A stretch of 64,000 nt of DNA, taken from positions 1-64,000 of the forward strand of contig JAXLNO010005255.1 of the NCBI GenBank assembly GCA_038087875.1, in the 5' to 3' direction. This DNA is from Malacoraja senta. Lineage: Eukaryota. Under the pieces are notes generated by a model. The model made no database searches, was not told the DNA's origin, and saw only the letters and a program-made list of their open reading frames with translations. Position numbers and translations under genes: made by a program. Shown piece after piece: positions 24,701-37,196 of this stretch (within the stretch, counting starts at the first letter, position 1; each line of letters starts with the position of its first letter).

Positions 24701-27700
24701 GTTACTCAGCAGACCAGGCAGCATCTAATGCTCCAGAGATCCTGCCCATCCTGCTGAGTTACTCCAGCATGTTGTGTCTATCTTGTTGTGGGATCTTTGA
24801 AGGTAGTGGGACAGTCATCTTGGAACAGTGGAAAATGTTAGCTCAGCCGTACCTGTAACATTGTGTGGATTCTGGTTGCCTCCCTACAGGATTGATGGGA
24901 GTTCACTAGAGAGGCACAAGAAAGGTTTACGACATTGGCAGGACTGGAGAAGAAAGGTTGCAAGGAGAGAGTCGTCAGGAACTGCAGCAGGTAGATTGTT
25001 TGAGTGGTTATAATATTATAGAAAAAAAGACAAAATGCTGGAGTAACTCAGCGGAACAGGCAGCATCTCTGGAGAGAAAGAATGGATCATGTTTCGGATT
25101 GAGACCCTTCTTCAGACGTCTCGACCCGAAATGTCATCCATCCCCCCCCTCCCCCAGAGATGCTGCCTGTCTCGCTGATGTCTATCTGCGGTGTAAACCA
25201 GCATCTGCAGTTCCTTCCTACACATAAGGTGATGATATTCTGACTGGTCCATTCAGAGTAAACAAGGTAACCATCTTTCCTGCACAAAGTTGGAAATGTC
25301 ATTCAATTGGCACAAGGGTTTGATGCAATTAGTACAGTGGGCCAAGGGTTCACTGCCTGAATGGTTGTTGGAAGCAGAACTCACATTTATTGGGCACCTG
25401 GACCAGCAGTAGAAGAGGCTGTGAGTGAGATTCACCTGGCCTCCCAGCATGTAAAACAGAAGGTGGGAACTATAGGTCAATTGACAGGTACATGGATAGG
25501 ACAGGTTTGGAGGGATATGGACCAAACGCAGGCAGGTGGGACTAGTGTAGCTGGGACATGTTGGTGGGTGAGGGCGAGTTGGATGAAGGGTCTGTTTCCA
25601 CACTGTATCTCTCTATGATTCTAATTCATCCAGCACTCATAGTTCACAAGAGGAAATAACGAATCATTTGGTAAGCTGCATCTAATCAAACGTAGCCGAC
25701 ATGGTTTAATGAAAATCATGTGTGATAAAACTTGACAGGATGTGATAGGGAGTTGATAAGGGAAACCTGTAAATGTAGGAGGAAGGAACTGCAAATGCTG
25801 GTTTAAACCAAAGATAGACACAATAAGCTGGAGTAACTTAGCGGCTCAGATAGCATCTCTGGAGAAAAGGACTTTTCTATTTGTTTTCTCCAGAGATGCT
25901 GTCTGACCCGCTGAGTTACTCCAGCTTTTTGTGTCTATCTCCTGTAAATGTAGTGTGTATTTAGATCTCCAAAAGGCATTTGCCACATATGAGGGCAAAT
26001 GTGCTAACATGGACTGAAAGGTAGCAGTCATATAGAAAAACAAGTTAGAATAAATGCGTGAAAACTGCAGATGGAATAAATCTGAAAAACAAAATGCTGG
26101 GAGCACTCGGGTCAGGCTGCATCTGTAGCCAGAGAAACAGAATTCATGTTTCAAGTCAAAGACCCTTCGTCAGAACTGGGGAGGTGACAAAAGAAACTTG
26201 TAAAGCTGCACAGGTGGGTGGATGACTCTGATAGTGTAAAACCAGGTGGCCATGGGGATAAGCTGCACACAAAGTTATCTGGTCAAGGAGTGAATAGGAG
26301 CGGTAAGGTGATAAGACAAATAGACAAAGATCGTAGCAGTTGCAAAATGCAGAGCAAGAAGACATGTCTAGGAAGGAATGGCAGATGCTGGTTTAAACCG
26401 AAGATAGACAACGGGACAGGCTGCATCTCTGGAGAGAAGGAATGGGTGACGTTTCAGGTGGAGACGCTATTCAGACAAGACATGTCTGGCAGGTCAGCAT
26501 GGACATGCCCTCCACTTTTGGATAGAGATTTTTAAAAACAAGCCAACCCAATTATCACAAATGGACAACTGATACTAACAGAGGAATCAAGTTGCCCAAG
26601 ATTATCAAATTCCGTTCAAGCCCAGAGGACTGCCATGAGCCCAAATGAGAGGTGAGATGCCATTCCTCAAGATTGCTTTGAGCCTCATTGCAACAGTGCA
26701 GGAAGTCACAGACTGTTCAGTCACTCCCACATCCAAGAGTCAGAATGAGATAACAGGAAGCTCAGGAGTGCCCCATGGATCCAACACAGGTGATCCACAA
26801 AGTGGAAACACAACGCCTGTTTGGTTTCTCCAATGTAGAGGAGACCACATCGTGAACACAGGGAAAGGAGCAGAGGGGGAAAGGAGAGACAGTGAGAGAA
26901 GGGAAGAACACGGTAGAGAGGGAGGGGGAGAGTGGGAGTTGAGTGTTAAAGAAGGGGAGGGAAGAGGGCAAGATACTTTCCACACTTTCCTCTTCACCTC
27001 AATCTCTTTCATCATCTCTAAGGCAAGTTTTGCTAAGTTTTGGCCTTTCACAGTTAAATAAAAAACTATTTGGGAAAACTTACATCAGTCATACTTTTAA
27101 TTCTGCTTTCCAGAGCTTGCATGTTGGAGTCCATGTCCTTCTGTGCTGCACGTACAGCCTGCAGCTCCAGCCGTGTCTGGCTGAGCTGCTCCTCCAGCAG
27201 CACCAGTGCAGTCAGTAGCTGTTTCTGTTCATCTGTCAACCTATATTAATAATAATCCATATAATTTATTAGCCAAGTATGTATACATACAAGAACTTGC
27301 CTTGATGCTTTGCTGACTACCGGTGTAAGGGTGATCGTTGGTCTGCACGAACTTGGTGGGCCGAAGGGCGTGTTTCCACACTGTACCTCCAAACTAAAAA
27401 TGACGTTGACCTGTTTCACACAGCAACCGACGAATCCCCCCTCCCCAGGTCTACTGCTACTCCACTCCTGTCTGGAAACACACAGCATCAGCATTATACT
27501 GCTCACAGCTCAGCCACAGGCAAACCTGCTGCCGTGCCACACCCCAGGGGCATCTTGATGCATCTGCAGATACTGTGGCCGACAACATCAACACCAAAAC
27601 ATTTGTGGCGTGATGACACTGTTATGACGCCGGCAGTCACCGAAAAAATTGCCAAGTGGGACAGGCCCTTAAATGCGTTATTTATCTCTATCGTTGTGAG

Positions 27701-27786
27701 CAGTTGATGCAGTCTGGAAACTGCCGCAGCGCAGCTCTGCACCTTTCCACAGCAGATTCCATTTCCTTCACCTTCTGCAACAACAT
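9684..27786 (-). CDS. SUN-domain inner nuclear membrane protein, SUN2/SUN1-like (C-terminal 8 exons: coiled coils + SUN domain); 5' exons not found
   Basis: All 8 exons have AG/GT sites and mutually consistent phases (0-2-0-0-1-0-0-0). The translation contains SUN hallmarks: YSADRVGLVDYALESAGGSVIHTRC, LFGIPLWY, PEVHPGNCWPFKGSQG, RIRPTAFTLDH, SAPQDFSVYG, NWGHPEYTCLYR. DYALES, VHPGNCW and RIRPTA are closer to SUN2 than SUN1. Orthology is not established, so no symbol is given. Confidence 0.93.
10150..10590 (+). mobile_element. CR1 3' fragment, tail-to-tail with the neighbouring CR1
   Basis: FTRLIPGMAGLSYGERLKRLGLYSLEFRRMRG motif. Confidence 0.88.
10590..12430 (-). mobile_element. CR1 (HER1-like) LINE, 5'-truncated, young
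   Basis: ORFs 11291-12139 ([14 protein letters not shown]) and 10684-11280 (RPILEY, RFTRMLPG), plus a CR1 3' tail. Confidence 0.93.
16019..16108 (-). CDS. SUN domain exon (GLDDENQAEGVLLGPYTYNEGDSIQTFEVQ)
   Basis: Acceptor cttgttcacag|GGC and donor CAG|gttatg. 90 nt. Confidence 0.93.
17037..17204 (-). CDS. SUN domain exon (PEVHPGNCWPFKGSQG...SAPQDFSVY)
   Basis: Acceptor ttctctcttgcag|CCG and donor TAT|gtgagt. 168 nt. Confidence 0.96.
19296..19408 (-). CDS. SUN domain exon (GSVIHTRCTETIETKTILSLFGIPLWYQSHSPTAVIQ), KASH-lid
   Basis: Acceptor ttctcttgttag|GT and donor CAG|gtatat. 113 nt, phase 1 to 0. Confidence 0.95.
19719..19737 (+). promoter_or_regulatory. CTCF motif
   Basis: TGGCCACCAGGTGGCAGTG, near consensus, in unique intronic DNA. 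Confidence 0.6.
21492..21525 (-). ncRNA. Minimal type I hammerhead ribozyme motif (best-preserved copy)
   Basis: GGU-CUGAUGA-A-GGGUC(UC)GACCC-GAAA-C-GUC|ACC: complete core, 3-bp stem I, 5-bp stem II and a loopless palindromic stem III. Confidence 0.7.
22119..22203 (-). CDS. SUN-like gene exon (EVKSIVEEALKLYSADRVGLVDYALESA-G)
   Basis: Acceptor ttttcctttggtag|GAA and donor G|gtaagt. 85 nt. Encodes the conserved pre-SUN helix and DYALES motif. Confidence 0.95.
22580..23250 (+). mobile_element. Degenerate Tx1-like LINE C-terminal fragment
   Basis: ELFTGTHKINVNCCWKIIISAEDSLWSAQKL...RDTLKL resembles Tx1-like ORF2 C-termini. Confidence 0.55.
23299..24151 (+). mobile_element. Non-autonomous Helitron
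   Basis: 5' A|TCTATATAATTAAAAG. 3' hairpin GGGACCC-AAC-GGGTCCC, followed 7 nt later by CTAG|T. Inserted between A and T with no TSD. Confidence 0.8.
23608..23876 (+). repeat. 48-bp minisatellite (about 5 copies) inside the Helitron
   Basis: Unit AAACTGCTTTTGAATTTGGTGGCCTTGCACCCTGCTTGAAATGGTAGG; period confirmed at 23738 and 23786. Confidence 0.9.
24230..24442 (-). CDS. SUN-like gene exon (KETALLPLVHKLLFGSSQ...ELEALLAGLEKKIL...GIIK)
   Basis: Acceptor gtgtgtttag|AAG and donor AAG|gtacaa. 213 nt, phase 0-0. KLLF and LxxLExKIL resemble SUN1/SUN2 CC2. Confidence 0.85.
26600..26900 (-). mobile_element. Highly degenerate Penelope-like GIY-YIG fragment
   Basis: Weak similarity to the reverse complement of the 38350-38560 segment. 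Confidence 0.45.
27084..27240 (-). CDS. SUN-like gene, coiled-coil exon (LTDEQKQLLTALVLLEEQL...ESRIKSMTD)
   Basis: Acceptor taatatag|G and donor GAT|gtaagt. 157 nt, phase 2 to 0. Heptad pattern in register with SUN2 LEDQL...AVRDD. Confidence 0.85.
27743..27786 (-). CDS. SUN-like gene, coiled-coil exon (MLLQKVKEMESAVE-R)
   Basis: Acceptor tttctattcctag|ATG and donor AG|gtgcag. 44 nt, ending in phase 2, which matches the next exon. Aligns by eye to SUN2 RIQQLKSEWQS. Confidence 0.75.
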
Positions 27787-28379
27787 CTAGGAATAGAAAT
27801 TAAAAACAAAGTTTATTTTCAAGTTGGGAGGCTTTTTAATTCTACTCGCAGCTACTTATTTCACAACATACACGTCAAATTTACAAATATGTAATGCAGA
27901 AAAGTCACTTTTCCATACTTCATATTTCCTTATGACATAGGCCATTTCAGCCCATCAAATCAATGCCAGCTCTCAGAGAATCCCAGTCCTTCACAAATTC
28001 TCCTTGAAACTAGTTCCTCACAAATTCCCATCAATTGCCTGCAGAATTCACCATTCAATTGAAAGCAAACGTCACTGAACTGTAGCAGCTTAACACCCAG
28101 AGGATGGGAAATGCAGGGAATTCTCTGCCCAAGTGGCTACGGAGACCAGACTTGAGACCAGTTCAACACCGAGATGACTGGCCTTAATATTACGGAATTG
28201 AGAGTATGGCCTTAAATGGTGCCGAGATAAATGGTCTAACTGAAAGGCAGAGCAGCTGAGGGGCAGCATGGTGGAAACAGAGGCCCAGGTTCGATCCCGA
28301 CTACGGGTGCTATCTGTACGGAGTTTGTACAATCTCCCCGTGACCTGCGTGGACATTCTCCAGGTGCTCCGGCTTTGGT

Positions 28380-28630
28380 ATGAAAACGCTAAAGCCGCCT
28401 TTGGTTTGAAAACGCTAAAGCTGTCTCGTTTGAAAACGCTAATGCTGCCTATGGTTTGAAAATGCTAAAGTTGCATAAGGTTTGAAAACGCTATGTAGAC
28501 AAAAGTGCTGGAGAAACTCAGCGGGTGCAGCAACATCTATGGAGCGAAGAAAATGGGCAACGTTTCAAAACGCTATCGTTGCCTAAGGTTTGAAAACGCT
28601 AAAGTTGCCTTTGGTTTCGAAACGCTAAAC
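28380..28630 (+). repeat. ~25-bp minisatellite (TTGAAAACGCTAAAGYTGCCTTTGG), continuing at 30085-30120
   Basis: About 7 units on the left of the L1 and about 2 on the right, directly visible. Confidence 0.85.
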
Positions 28631-30085
28631 CCTTTTCTATTACTGGGCGACTAATATCAAAAACTTAATCTACTGGATGGATGACACATGCCAACAGGTA
28701 AACTGGTTAAAAATGGAGAGGGAAGATTGTTTGCCTTTTAATATAGGCGCAATTCTTCTTTCTCCAACACATCTGAATAAATCAATGTGTGAGCAAAATC
28801 CGATAATACACAGTACCCTACGCATTTGGAAACAGTTGAAATCAAACCTCAAACTGAGAAATTTCTCTCTCCTTTTACCAATCGCTAATAAACCCTTGTT
28901 TAAACCGTTTACTTTAGATAAGGCGTTTGCACAATGGAAAAACTCAGGAATTAAAACGGTGGGAGATCTTTACGAGAAGGGGATTTTCCTCTCGTTTCAA
29001 GAATTACAGGAGAAATATCACTTGAAAGCAAGTAATTCTTTCAGATATCTTCAAATCCGAGACTATGTGAAAACATATACTCAAGACTGTCACTCTATGG
29101 GTCCAGATTTACTAGATGACTGCATGAATAGACATGTTGATACAAGCAAGTTAATATCCTACATTTACAATACTCTTTTAACTGCATACATCCCATCTTC
29201 TGAGAGGCATAGGCGAACATGGGAAGACAAATTGGGTTTATTAATTTCAAACGATAGCTGGGAGGAAAGCCTTCTATACATACACTACTGCTCTCTCAAT
29301 GTTCGGCACACCCTGATACAATTTAAAATACTGCATAGACTCTACTATTCAAAGACCAAATTAAACAAGATCTTCCCAAATGTCTCTCCTATTTGTGATA
29401 AATGTCTCCTCCAAACAGCGACTATAACCCATTCATTTGCCTCCTGTATAAAGTTACAAAACTTCTGGAGGGGAATATTTGATATCTTCTCCAAAATACT
29501 TAACATTAAATTGGAACCAGATATAAAACGGATCACTTTAGGTATGTCAGATGCCTGCTCTAAATTAACGATATTCCAAAGACGCTTCCTCAACTATGGC
29601 CTAATAACGGCGAAAAAATTAATACTCAAATTCTGGAAACAGATAACAGTCCCTACAGTGAAGATGTGGATTACTGATAAGTCCGATACATTACATTTGG
29701 AAAATATTAGGCTTGTCTTGGCGGGGAAAGCAGATCAATTTCTTAAGACATGGTTCCCTTTTACTGAATTTCTGCAACAACAGAATGGTTAAACACAAAT
29801 TTAAACCTGATGCCAGGGATAGGTGAGTGGGGAAGGTATATTTCCATCTTTTTTTTCTTATTTCTTTTCTTTTCTCTTGCACTTCTTTGGTAGCTTAGGG
29901 GTCTATTTTCTAGCTTGTTCTTATTTTACTTCTCTTTCATCATTCTTTTCTTTTTTTCTCTCTTTTTTTTCGATTTAGGTTCTAACGTTAAAAATGAAGC
30001 TATACAATAATTGTATAAGTGTTATGTCGATTGCCTTATCCTTGTACAATCGCTTCTAATAAAAGAAATTCAAAAATAAAAAAAC
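28630..30085 (+). mobile_element. 5'-truncated L1/Tx1-clade LINE (ORF2 C-terminus, zf-RVT region) with A-rich tail
   Basis: Open ORF 28677-29792 with HTLIQFKILHRLYY...CDKC...H...C, then a 3' UTR and AATAAA/A-rich tail near 30058-30084. Confidence 0.88.
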
Positions 30086-30119
30086 CCGCTAAAGCTGCCT
30101 TTGGTTTCAAAACGCTAAA

Positions 30120-31060
30120 GTCAATAGCCAATAGACAAGAGACAATAGGTGCAGGAGTAGGCCATTTGGCCCTTCGAGCCAGCACCGCCATTCTATATGA
30201 TCATGGCTGATCATCCCCAATCAGTACCCCGTTCCTGCCTTCTCCCCATATCCCTTGACTCTGCTATTTTTAAGAGCCCTATCTAGCTCTCTCTTGAAAG
30301 CATCCAGAGAAACTGCCTCCACCGCCCTCTGAGTCAGAGAATTCCACAGGCTCACCACTCTGTGAGAAATAGTGTTTCCTCGTCTCCGTTCAAATGGCTA
30401 ACTCCTTATTCTTAAACTGTGGCTTCTGGACTCCCCCAACATCGGGAACATGTTTCCTGCCTCTAGCGTGTCCAAGCCCTTAACAATCTTATATGTTTCA
30501 ATGAGATCCCCTCTCATGCTTCTAAACTCCAGAGTGTACAAGCCCAGCTGCTCCATTCTCTCAGCATATGACAGTCCCGCCATCCCAGGAATTAACCTTG
30601 TAAACCAACGCTGCACTCCCTCAATAGCAAGAATGTCCTTCCTCAAATTAAGGGACCAAAACTGCACACAATATTCCAGGTGTGGTCTCACTAGGGCTCT
30701 GTACAACTGCAGAAGGACCTCTTTCCTCCTATATTCGATTCCTCTTGTTATAAAGGCCAACATGCCATTTGCTTTCTTCACTGCCTGCTGTACCTGCATA
30801 CATACTTTCATAGACTGATGTACAAGGACCCCCAGATCCCGTTGTACTTCCTTTTCCCAACTTGACGCCATTTAGATAGTAATCTGCTTTCCTGTTTTGC
30901 TACCAAAGTGGGTAACCTCACATTTATCCACATTAAACTTCATCTGCCATGCATCTGCCCACTCCCCCAACCTGTCCAAGTCACCCTGCATTCTCATAGC
31001 ATCCTCCTCACAGTTCACACTGCCACCCATCTTTGTGTCATCTGCAAATTTGCTAATGTT
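30120..31060 (-). mobile_element. CR1 3' fragment
   Basis: ORFs 30398-30871 and 30872-31153 carry CR1 RT C-terminal motifs (FADDTK, RPHLEYCVQFW). Confidence 0.9.
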
Positions 31061-34000
31061 AGAAACATAGAAACATAGAAAATAGGTACAGGAGGAGGCC
31101 ATTCGGCCCTTCGAGCCAGCACCACCATTCATTGTGATCATGTCCCCTATCAATAACCCGTGCCTGCCTTCTCCCCATATCCCTTGACTCCACTAGCCCC
31201 AAGAGCTCTATCTAACTCTCTCTTAAATCCATCTAGTGACTTGGTCTCCACTGCCCTCTGTGGCAGGGAATTCCACAAATTCACAACTCTCTGGGTGAAA
31301 ACTTTTTTCTCACCTCAGTCTTAAATGACCTTCCCTTTATTCTAAGACTGTGGCCCCTGGTTCTGGACTCGCCCAACATTGGGAATATTTTTCCTGCATC
31401 TTGCTTGTCCAGTCTTTTTATAATTTTATATGTTTCTATAAGATTCCCCCTCATCATTCTAAACTCTAGTGAATACAAGCCTAGTCTTTTCAATCTTTCC
31501 TCATATGACAATCCCACCATCCCAGGGATCAATCTCTTGAACCTACGCTGCACTGCCTCAATCACAAGGATGTCCTTCCTCAAATTAGGAGACCAAAACT
31601 GTACACAATACTCCAGATGTGGTCTCACCAGAGCCCTATACAACTGCAGAAGAACCTCTCTACTCCCATACTGAAATCCTCTTGTTATGAAGGCCAACAT
31701 TCCATTAGTTTTCTTCACTGCCTGCTGTACCTGTAAGCCAACTTTCAGTGACCGGTGTACAAGGACGCCCAGGTCTCGCTGCACCTCCCCCTTACCTAAC
31801 CTAACCCCATTGAGATAATAATCTGCCCCCTTGTTTTTGCTGCCAAAGTGGATAACCTCACATTTATCTATATTATACTGCATCTGCCACGCATCTGCCC
31901 ACTCACTCAACCTGTCCAGGTCAACCTGCAACCTCCTAACATCCTCTTCGCAGTTCACACTGCCACCCAGCTATGTGTCATCCGCAAACTTGCTAGTGTT
32001 GCTCCTAATTCCCTCTTCCAAATCATTAATATATATGGTAAACAATTGTGGCCCCAACACCGAGCCTTGCGGCCAGTGGCGGACTGGCCAGGGTGTCAGC
32101 TTGCCCGATGGCAAATGGGCCCCTGATGAAGTGGGCCCCCCCCCCCTATATCAAATACAAATGCAATAAACAAACAAACACAGACAACTGTTTTAGTAAT
32201 AAAAATGAATAAGATGTATCTGGCAGCTAGGATTACACTGAAAGTTTAATTTTAAAAAATATCCACGGTATCAACAGGGACGAACTACTTTTGAGTTAAA
32301 ATTAGTCACAAAAATTTACATTCATTCAATCTCACAGGACTTATCTTATAATAATTACTTACAATATTCTCAGATTTTACCGCTCCAGTGTGATTTTTAA
32401 TTCTTTGAAAAGGTTCTCCCAATACTTAAATGACACCAAATAATAATATACTCCCAAAAAATTTCGGTTGGCAAGTGAGAAAATGTTGTATCAAAGATTT
32501 GTCCGTATTTTTGTCACACACACTTGAAAAGCCTCAGCCTGCCCCCCCTCTTATTGAAGAGATTGTTTTAATTTTGAGTTTTTGTATATGTATAAAAGAT
32601 CATTGTTGCATATAACTTCTTGTTGCATCATTCACCAGGCGGCCAGACGTGGCGTGGCTCCTTTACCATTCTTTTTATATAGTTTTTCAAGTTTCGTAAA
32701 ATTTTTTTATCGGTAAACAATATCCAAATTCAGCTACATGAGAGTTCAAATTTAGATATTAGAAAAACATAATTGTTACACCAGGGTAGGCTCCAGTTAT
32801 CCGTAGTAATTATCTGGTTATCAGTGACTGCATTGAAAATATTATATGAAAAGTTAATGAAGCCTGTTCTTCAGCATATGTGCTTAAACATAAGTTATTG
32901 TTAAAGCTATGTGAGAGGTATTATCAATATTCAGGATTTTTTCATATACATATTCTTGTGAATCATTGTTCTCAGTGATGAACATTAAGTAACGAAACAG
33001 TAGTAGCCTTACAGATGAAACTAGTAGTGCTTGCATATCTCTCAAGGTTAACAAATATAAACCGGATATAAAATATTTGTCATCAACGATGCAGCAGCAG
33101 AAGTCTCATTGATGCTAAATGTATAAAATGTCCACAATTATTATTGGGTATGTGCTTAAAGGTATTATCTGTGAGCGACTACTTTCAGTTGTGCCAAGTA
33201 ATGATGGTACAGGACAGGGACTTTTTGATCTATTGATTGAAACATGACAGCATCTTAAAATTGACCCCCAAAAATGTTTATCTCATAGCACAGATGGCGC
33301 TGCAAGCTACTATGGCCAGTATAATGGTTTACAAAGTAAAATTGCTGATGTGGCTGATCAACGTGTTCATATACAATACAATACAATACGGTTTTATTCG
33401 TCACATTGCACATAAAGTGCAAGTGAAATGGTGCTATGCCCATGTCTTGAATTTGGTGATAACCGAGACAACTAAATGTTGTGTGCCTGCAGTTTATTTT
33501 TTTCAATTTGCTCCAGAATAGACCAACTTTTGTGAAAGCATCATACAAGAGAATGGCTGTATGGATAGAAGTTGTTGAAAAACATCTAGGACAAGAAAAA
33601 ATGAAATGATTAAAGCTAATTCGTGAGACCAGATGGTCAGGAAAATCCAATGCAGCAACAACTATATTTGGAAGTTTTGATGATGCCGCTGCCAGTACTT
33701 TCGTAAATCTATTGACATGATTATCAATGATACAAGATTCAGAAAAGTTTGATGCAAAAACAAAACATGAAGCAACTGTTTTACTTCAAAGTCTTCTAAA
33801 GTTTGAAACCATATTGACAGCATTTCTTTACTTGTATATATTTGAAACTACAACCCTGTTATCAAGTTATCTAGACAAGTGGTTTAGATATGTTTACTGC
33901 ATGGAGTTTGGTAGATTAGGCTAAAACAAAGTTGAAAGAACAGACAAGAACATTTAATAACGTTCACAGCAAGGCTTTGGAATTTGTAAATAAATGTAAT

Positions 34001-35940
34001 GACAGGATTTCACAGATGAATATGGATGAAAATCAAACATTGGAAATTGATGCGTTGGAAACAGCATTGCCAGTTAAGAGGCAGAGGAAGAAGAAAAGAA
34101 TGGCAGATGAGCTTATTGATGATGAAAGAAATTCCTCAGATTCTCTAGCTGATTTTCCAGTAAATATGTTTAACCCAATAATGGATCACATTGTCCAGTC
34201 ACTAGAATCACGCTTTATACAACACAAACAGTTGTATAAAGATTTGTCCTGCTTGGACCCAGCAAAGTTTAAAACTATTGCAGAGAAGGGCCTTGAAGAT
34301 GAAGCATTGGAAGGTATTATTAAGCTGTTTCCACAAATCAGCAAAGATCAAGTAATATTGGAATTGTTTTCTTTTGCTTCAAACTTTGATGTATTAAAGC
34401 TATTGCTTAATGATGGTGAGAATATGGATTCCAGTTGCAACAATTGTACAATTTGCAGCACTTGCCCATCGTGTGTACTATAAATTCTGGCATCCAACAG
34501 ACTTCATGACAAGGTATATGATAACCTTTATCAACTTTATAAAGTCATCTGCACACTATCAGTTACTCAAGTCCAATGTGAGAGGACATTTTCAAAGCTA
34601 AAGATCATAAAGACAAGGTTAAGAAATTCGCTGAGGAGAATTTGGAATCATACATGTTGCTAACCATTGAAAAGGAATTGTTAGATGAATTGGATGCAGA
34701 AGCAATTATTGGCAGATTCGCACAATCATCTAGCGAATACAAACGATTGCTCTTAATATAGTGGATTGCATGCAATGCTCTATTGTGCTTTTGAACTATC
34801 TGTTAATGTGTAAATTGTGCAGTAAACTATTTAAAAATATCAACCGATTACTTAAAATTTAAAAAAAACCACAATTATAACATTCTGTATTTACATTCGG
34901 TATCTACTGCCAGTAATATGTACAGTACATGTACACTGTAATTACTAAGAACCATTTTTTCCACAAAATTTTTAAATTGTACCCTTTTTTCCATATGTAT
35001 TTTTTGAAAATTGTATTTATTCGTTATGAAAATTAAATGATAGCATTGTAGTTGTGGGTGGGCCCCCTTTGCCTCCTGGCAACCAATATTTTTAGTCCCA
35101 GTCCGCCACTGCTTGCGGCACTGCACTCGCCACTTCCTGCCATTCTGAAAAGGACCCGTTCACTCCTACTCTTTGCTTCCGGTCTGCCAACCAATTTTCT
35201 ATCCATGTCAACACCCTACCCCCGATACCATGTGCTCTAATTTTTGTCACCAGTGTCCCGTGCAGGACCTTATCAAATGCTTTCTGAAAGTCCAGGTACA
35301 CTACATCCACTGGCACCCCTTCATCCATTTTACTTGTCACAACCTCAAAAAATTCCAGAAGATTAGTCAAGCATGATTTCCCTTTCATAAATCCATGTTG
35401 ACGGACTAATCCTTTTACTGCTCTCCAAATGCCCCATTATTACCTCTTTAATAATTGACTCCAGCATCTTTCCCACCACTGAAGTCAGGCTAACTGGTCT
35501 GTAATTCCCCGTTTTCTCTCTCGCTCCTTTCTTGAAAAGTGGGATAACATTAGCTATCCTCCAATCCACAGGAACTGATCCTGAATCTATTGAACATTGG
35601 AAAATGATCACCAATGCGTCCACTATTTCTAGAGCCACCTTCCTGAGGACCCTGGGATGCAGACCATCAGGTCCAGGGGATTTATCATCCTTCAGTCCCA
35701 TTAGCTTACCCAATACTATTTCTCGCCTAATGAAAATTTCTTTCAGTTCCTCTACCCCCTTAGATCCTCTGTCCTCCAGTACATCTGGGAGATTGTTTGT
35801 GTCTTCCTTAGTGAAGACAGATCCGAAGTACCTATTCAACTCTTCTGCCATTTCCTTGTTGCCCATAATAATTTCACCCGTGTCTGCCTTCAAGGGACCC
35901 ACATTTGACTTTGCTACTGTTTTTCCCTTAACATCTTTAA
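31060..35940 (-). mobile_element. CR1 LINE split by the hAT insertion (31060-32073 and 35112-35940)
   Basis: The RT sequence is continuous across the hAT TSD. ORFs 31281-31958, 35092-35388 and 35363-35902. Confidence 0.9.
32074..35111 (+). mobile_element. hAT DNA transposon (ZMYM1-like transposase remnant, internally deleted) inserted in a CR1
   Basis: Perfect 14-bp TIRs CAGTGGCGGACTGG / CCAGTCCGCCACTG and perfect 8-bp TSD CTTGCGGC (32066-32073, 35112-35119). Frameshifted transposase fragments at 33237-34760 (e.g. CERTFSKLKIIKTRLRN). Confidence 0.95.
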
Positions 35941-36199
35941 GCTTCTTTACTCAATACTCTGACTGATGAAGGACAAAGTGCCAAAATACTTTTTGACCAC
36001 CTGATATACCAGCGACTCAACCTTCAAGGAACCATGCAGCCATCAACCATTCCTCTGCCCACCTGGCTAATTGATCGAGATCCTGCTGCAATCTTTCACA
36101 ACCATCTTCACTATTTGCAAATCCACTCACTTCTGTATCATCAGCAAACTTGCTAATCTTGCCCTGTTCTGTGACGTTTCACAGAGTGCTGGAGTAACT

Positions 36200-36790
36200 C
36201 AGCGGGCCAGGCTGAATACAGAAGTTGGGAGGTCATGTTGCAGTTGTAGAAGTAGTTGATGAGGCCGCATTCAGAGTATTGTATTCAGTTCTGGGCACCA
36301 TGTAATAGGAAAGATGTCATCAAACTGGGAAGGGTACAGTGAAGATTTACGAGGATGTTGCCAGGACTAGAGGGCCAGAGCTATAGGGAGAGGTTGAGTA
36401 GGCTGGGACTCAATTTCATGGAGCACAGGAGGATGAGGGATGATCTAATAGAGGTGTATAAAATCATGATTTGAATAGATATGGTTGAGTCTTTTGCGCA
36501 GAGTAGGTGAATCGAGGAGCAGAGGACATAAGTTCAAGGTGAAGGGCAAAAGATTTAATAGGAAACTGACGGGTATATTTTTCACACAAATGGTGGTAGG
36601 TGTATGGAACAAGCTGCCAGAGGAGGTACAGGCAGGGACTATCGCAAAATTTAAGAAATACTTAGACAGGTATATCGATAGGACAGGTTCGGAGGGATAT
36701 GGATCAAATGTGGACAGGAGGGACTAGTGTAGATGGGACATGCTGGGCCGAAGGGCCTGTTTCCACACTGTATCTCTCTATGACTCTATC
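36200..36790 (+). mobile_element. CR1 3' fragment
   Basis: CR1 C-terminal motifs (FFTQ.VVGVWNKLPEEV) and tail. Confidence 0.8.
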
Positions 36791-37196
36791 TATCTTTCCC
36801 TCTCAAACCCATTCTCCTGCCTTCTCCCCATTACCTCTGACACCTGTATCAATCAAGATTCTATCAATCTCCTCCTGAAAAGTGTCCATTGACGACCTCC
36901 ACAGCTGTCTGTGGCAATGAATTTCACAGTTCACCATCTCCTTCCTAAAGGAATGTATTTTAATTCTGAGGCTGTGGCCACAGGTCCTACTCTCCCACTA
37001 GTGGAAACATCCTCTCCACATCCACTCCATCCAGGTTTTTACCAGGCTGGGACAGATGGCAACAGCTTCACACCGTGTCCCAAAGCTTGTTTCCTGTCCT
37101 GCATCACCCAGGCAGCAGAGACGTTATAGGAGAGGGCAAGCACCGTAACAAAGTAGCTCACGATTGTTTGGGTAACATGTCACATCATGAATATTA

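Noticed and set aside
26977-27044. Helical-looking segment GQNLAKLALEMMKEIEVKRKVWK as an extra SUN exon
   Set aside because: It would need a 39-50-nt intron. The stronger gtaagt donor at 27083 already gives a gap-free alignment to SUN2.
23608-30120. 48-bp and 25-bp arrays as CRISPR-like repeats
   Set aside because: These are head-to-tail minisatellites without unique spacers, in vertebrate DNA, with no cas genes.
37040-37190. Hydrophobic minus-strand stretch (IVSYFVTVLALSYNV) as the missing SUN TM exon
   Set aside because: There is no suitable acceptor upstream of it, it is bounded by in-frame stops, and it has no SUN similarity.
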